Source: Microcoleus sp. S13_C3 (lineage in GTDB: Bacteria; Cyanobacteriota; Cyanobacteriia; Cyanobacteriales; Microcoleaceae). Taken from it: a stretch of DNA of 21,021 nucleotides. A model generated the notes under the pieces. It was not told the origin of the DNA, did not search any database, and worked only from the letters and a program-made list of their open reading frames with translations. The stretch lies in NCBI GenBank assembly GCA_036700905.1, contig JAUBPT010000012.1; one strand, 5' to 3'. Both the position numbers and the translations under genes were made by a program. Shown here one piece after another: positions 20,881 to 21,021 of the stretch. Every line of letters begins with the position of its first letter. The stretch's first letter is position 1.

Positions 20881-21021
20881 ATGTCTTCAACACTGCTGAA
20901 GCGAGAGTTAGGTATTTTTGGCGCAACTCTCATGGGCCTGGGTTCAATCCTCGGTACTGGGGTATTTGTGAGTATCGGCATTGCTGCGGAAGTTGCGGGG
21001 CCGGGAGTGATTTTGGCTGTA
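20881..21021 (+). CDS. Amino acid / APC-superfamily permease, 5' part only (runs off the window)
   Basis: ATG at 20881 opens a frame that stays open to the window end. MSSTLLKRELGIFGATLMGLGSILGTGVFVSIGIAAEVAGPGVILAV matches the first transmembrane helix and G-x-I-x-G-x-G-I-F motif of APC permeases. It is absent from the ORF track because it is truncated. Confidence 0.6.
   Translation, partial: MSSTLLKRELGIFGATLMGLGSILGTGVFVSIGIAAEVAGPGVILAV

Overview
This looks like a cyanobacterial chromosomal window. The HIP1 octamer GCGATCGC is scattered throughout, there are heptamer STRR-like repeats, and the proteins look typical of filamentous cyanobacteria. The window contains the following, left to right. 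(1) Two adjacent secreted RTX-type calcium-binding proteins. The first is cut by the window edge and carries ELWxxDGT repeats, Ig-like domains and three 273-bp repeats. (2) A small conserved ORF and an ECF/CbiO-like ABC ATPase. (3) An accessory, conflict-type island of about 6.4 kb (5951-12400). It holds a DUF4058 (Uma2-like PD-(D/E)xK) gene, an 80-aa conserved ORF, and a strictly phased tandem array of five 70-aa XRE-type HTH genes (233-bp period, A-B-C-A'-B' order). It also holds an inverted pair of hairpin repeat elements and a coiled-coil ORF followed by an NB-ARC/TPR STAND (NLR-like) ORF that has no start codon of its own. A canonical A_AAA_AAG -1 frameshift cassette links those two ORFs. 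The island ends with a higB toxin paired with a HigA-like antitoxin that lacks its HTH domain. (4) ubiD. (5) A Zn-ribbon/NYN/LOTUS protein. (6) A pstSCAB phosphate-uptake operon preceded by a duplicated three-unit Pho box, with a bipartite hairpin repeat family filling its intergenic spacers. (7) The 5' end of an APC-type permease. I found no rRNA, tRNA, CRISPR array or transposase. The best candidate for a new system is the HTH-gene array together with the frameshift-split CC-NB-ARC-TPR gene. All family assignments come from motif recognition by eye, with no database search.
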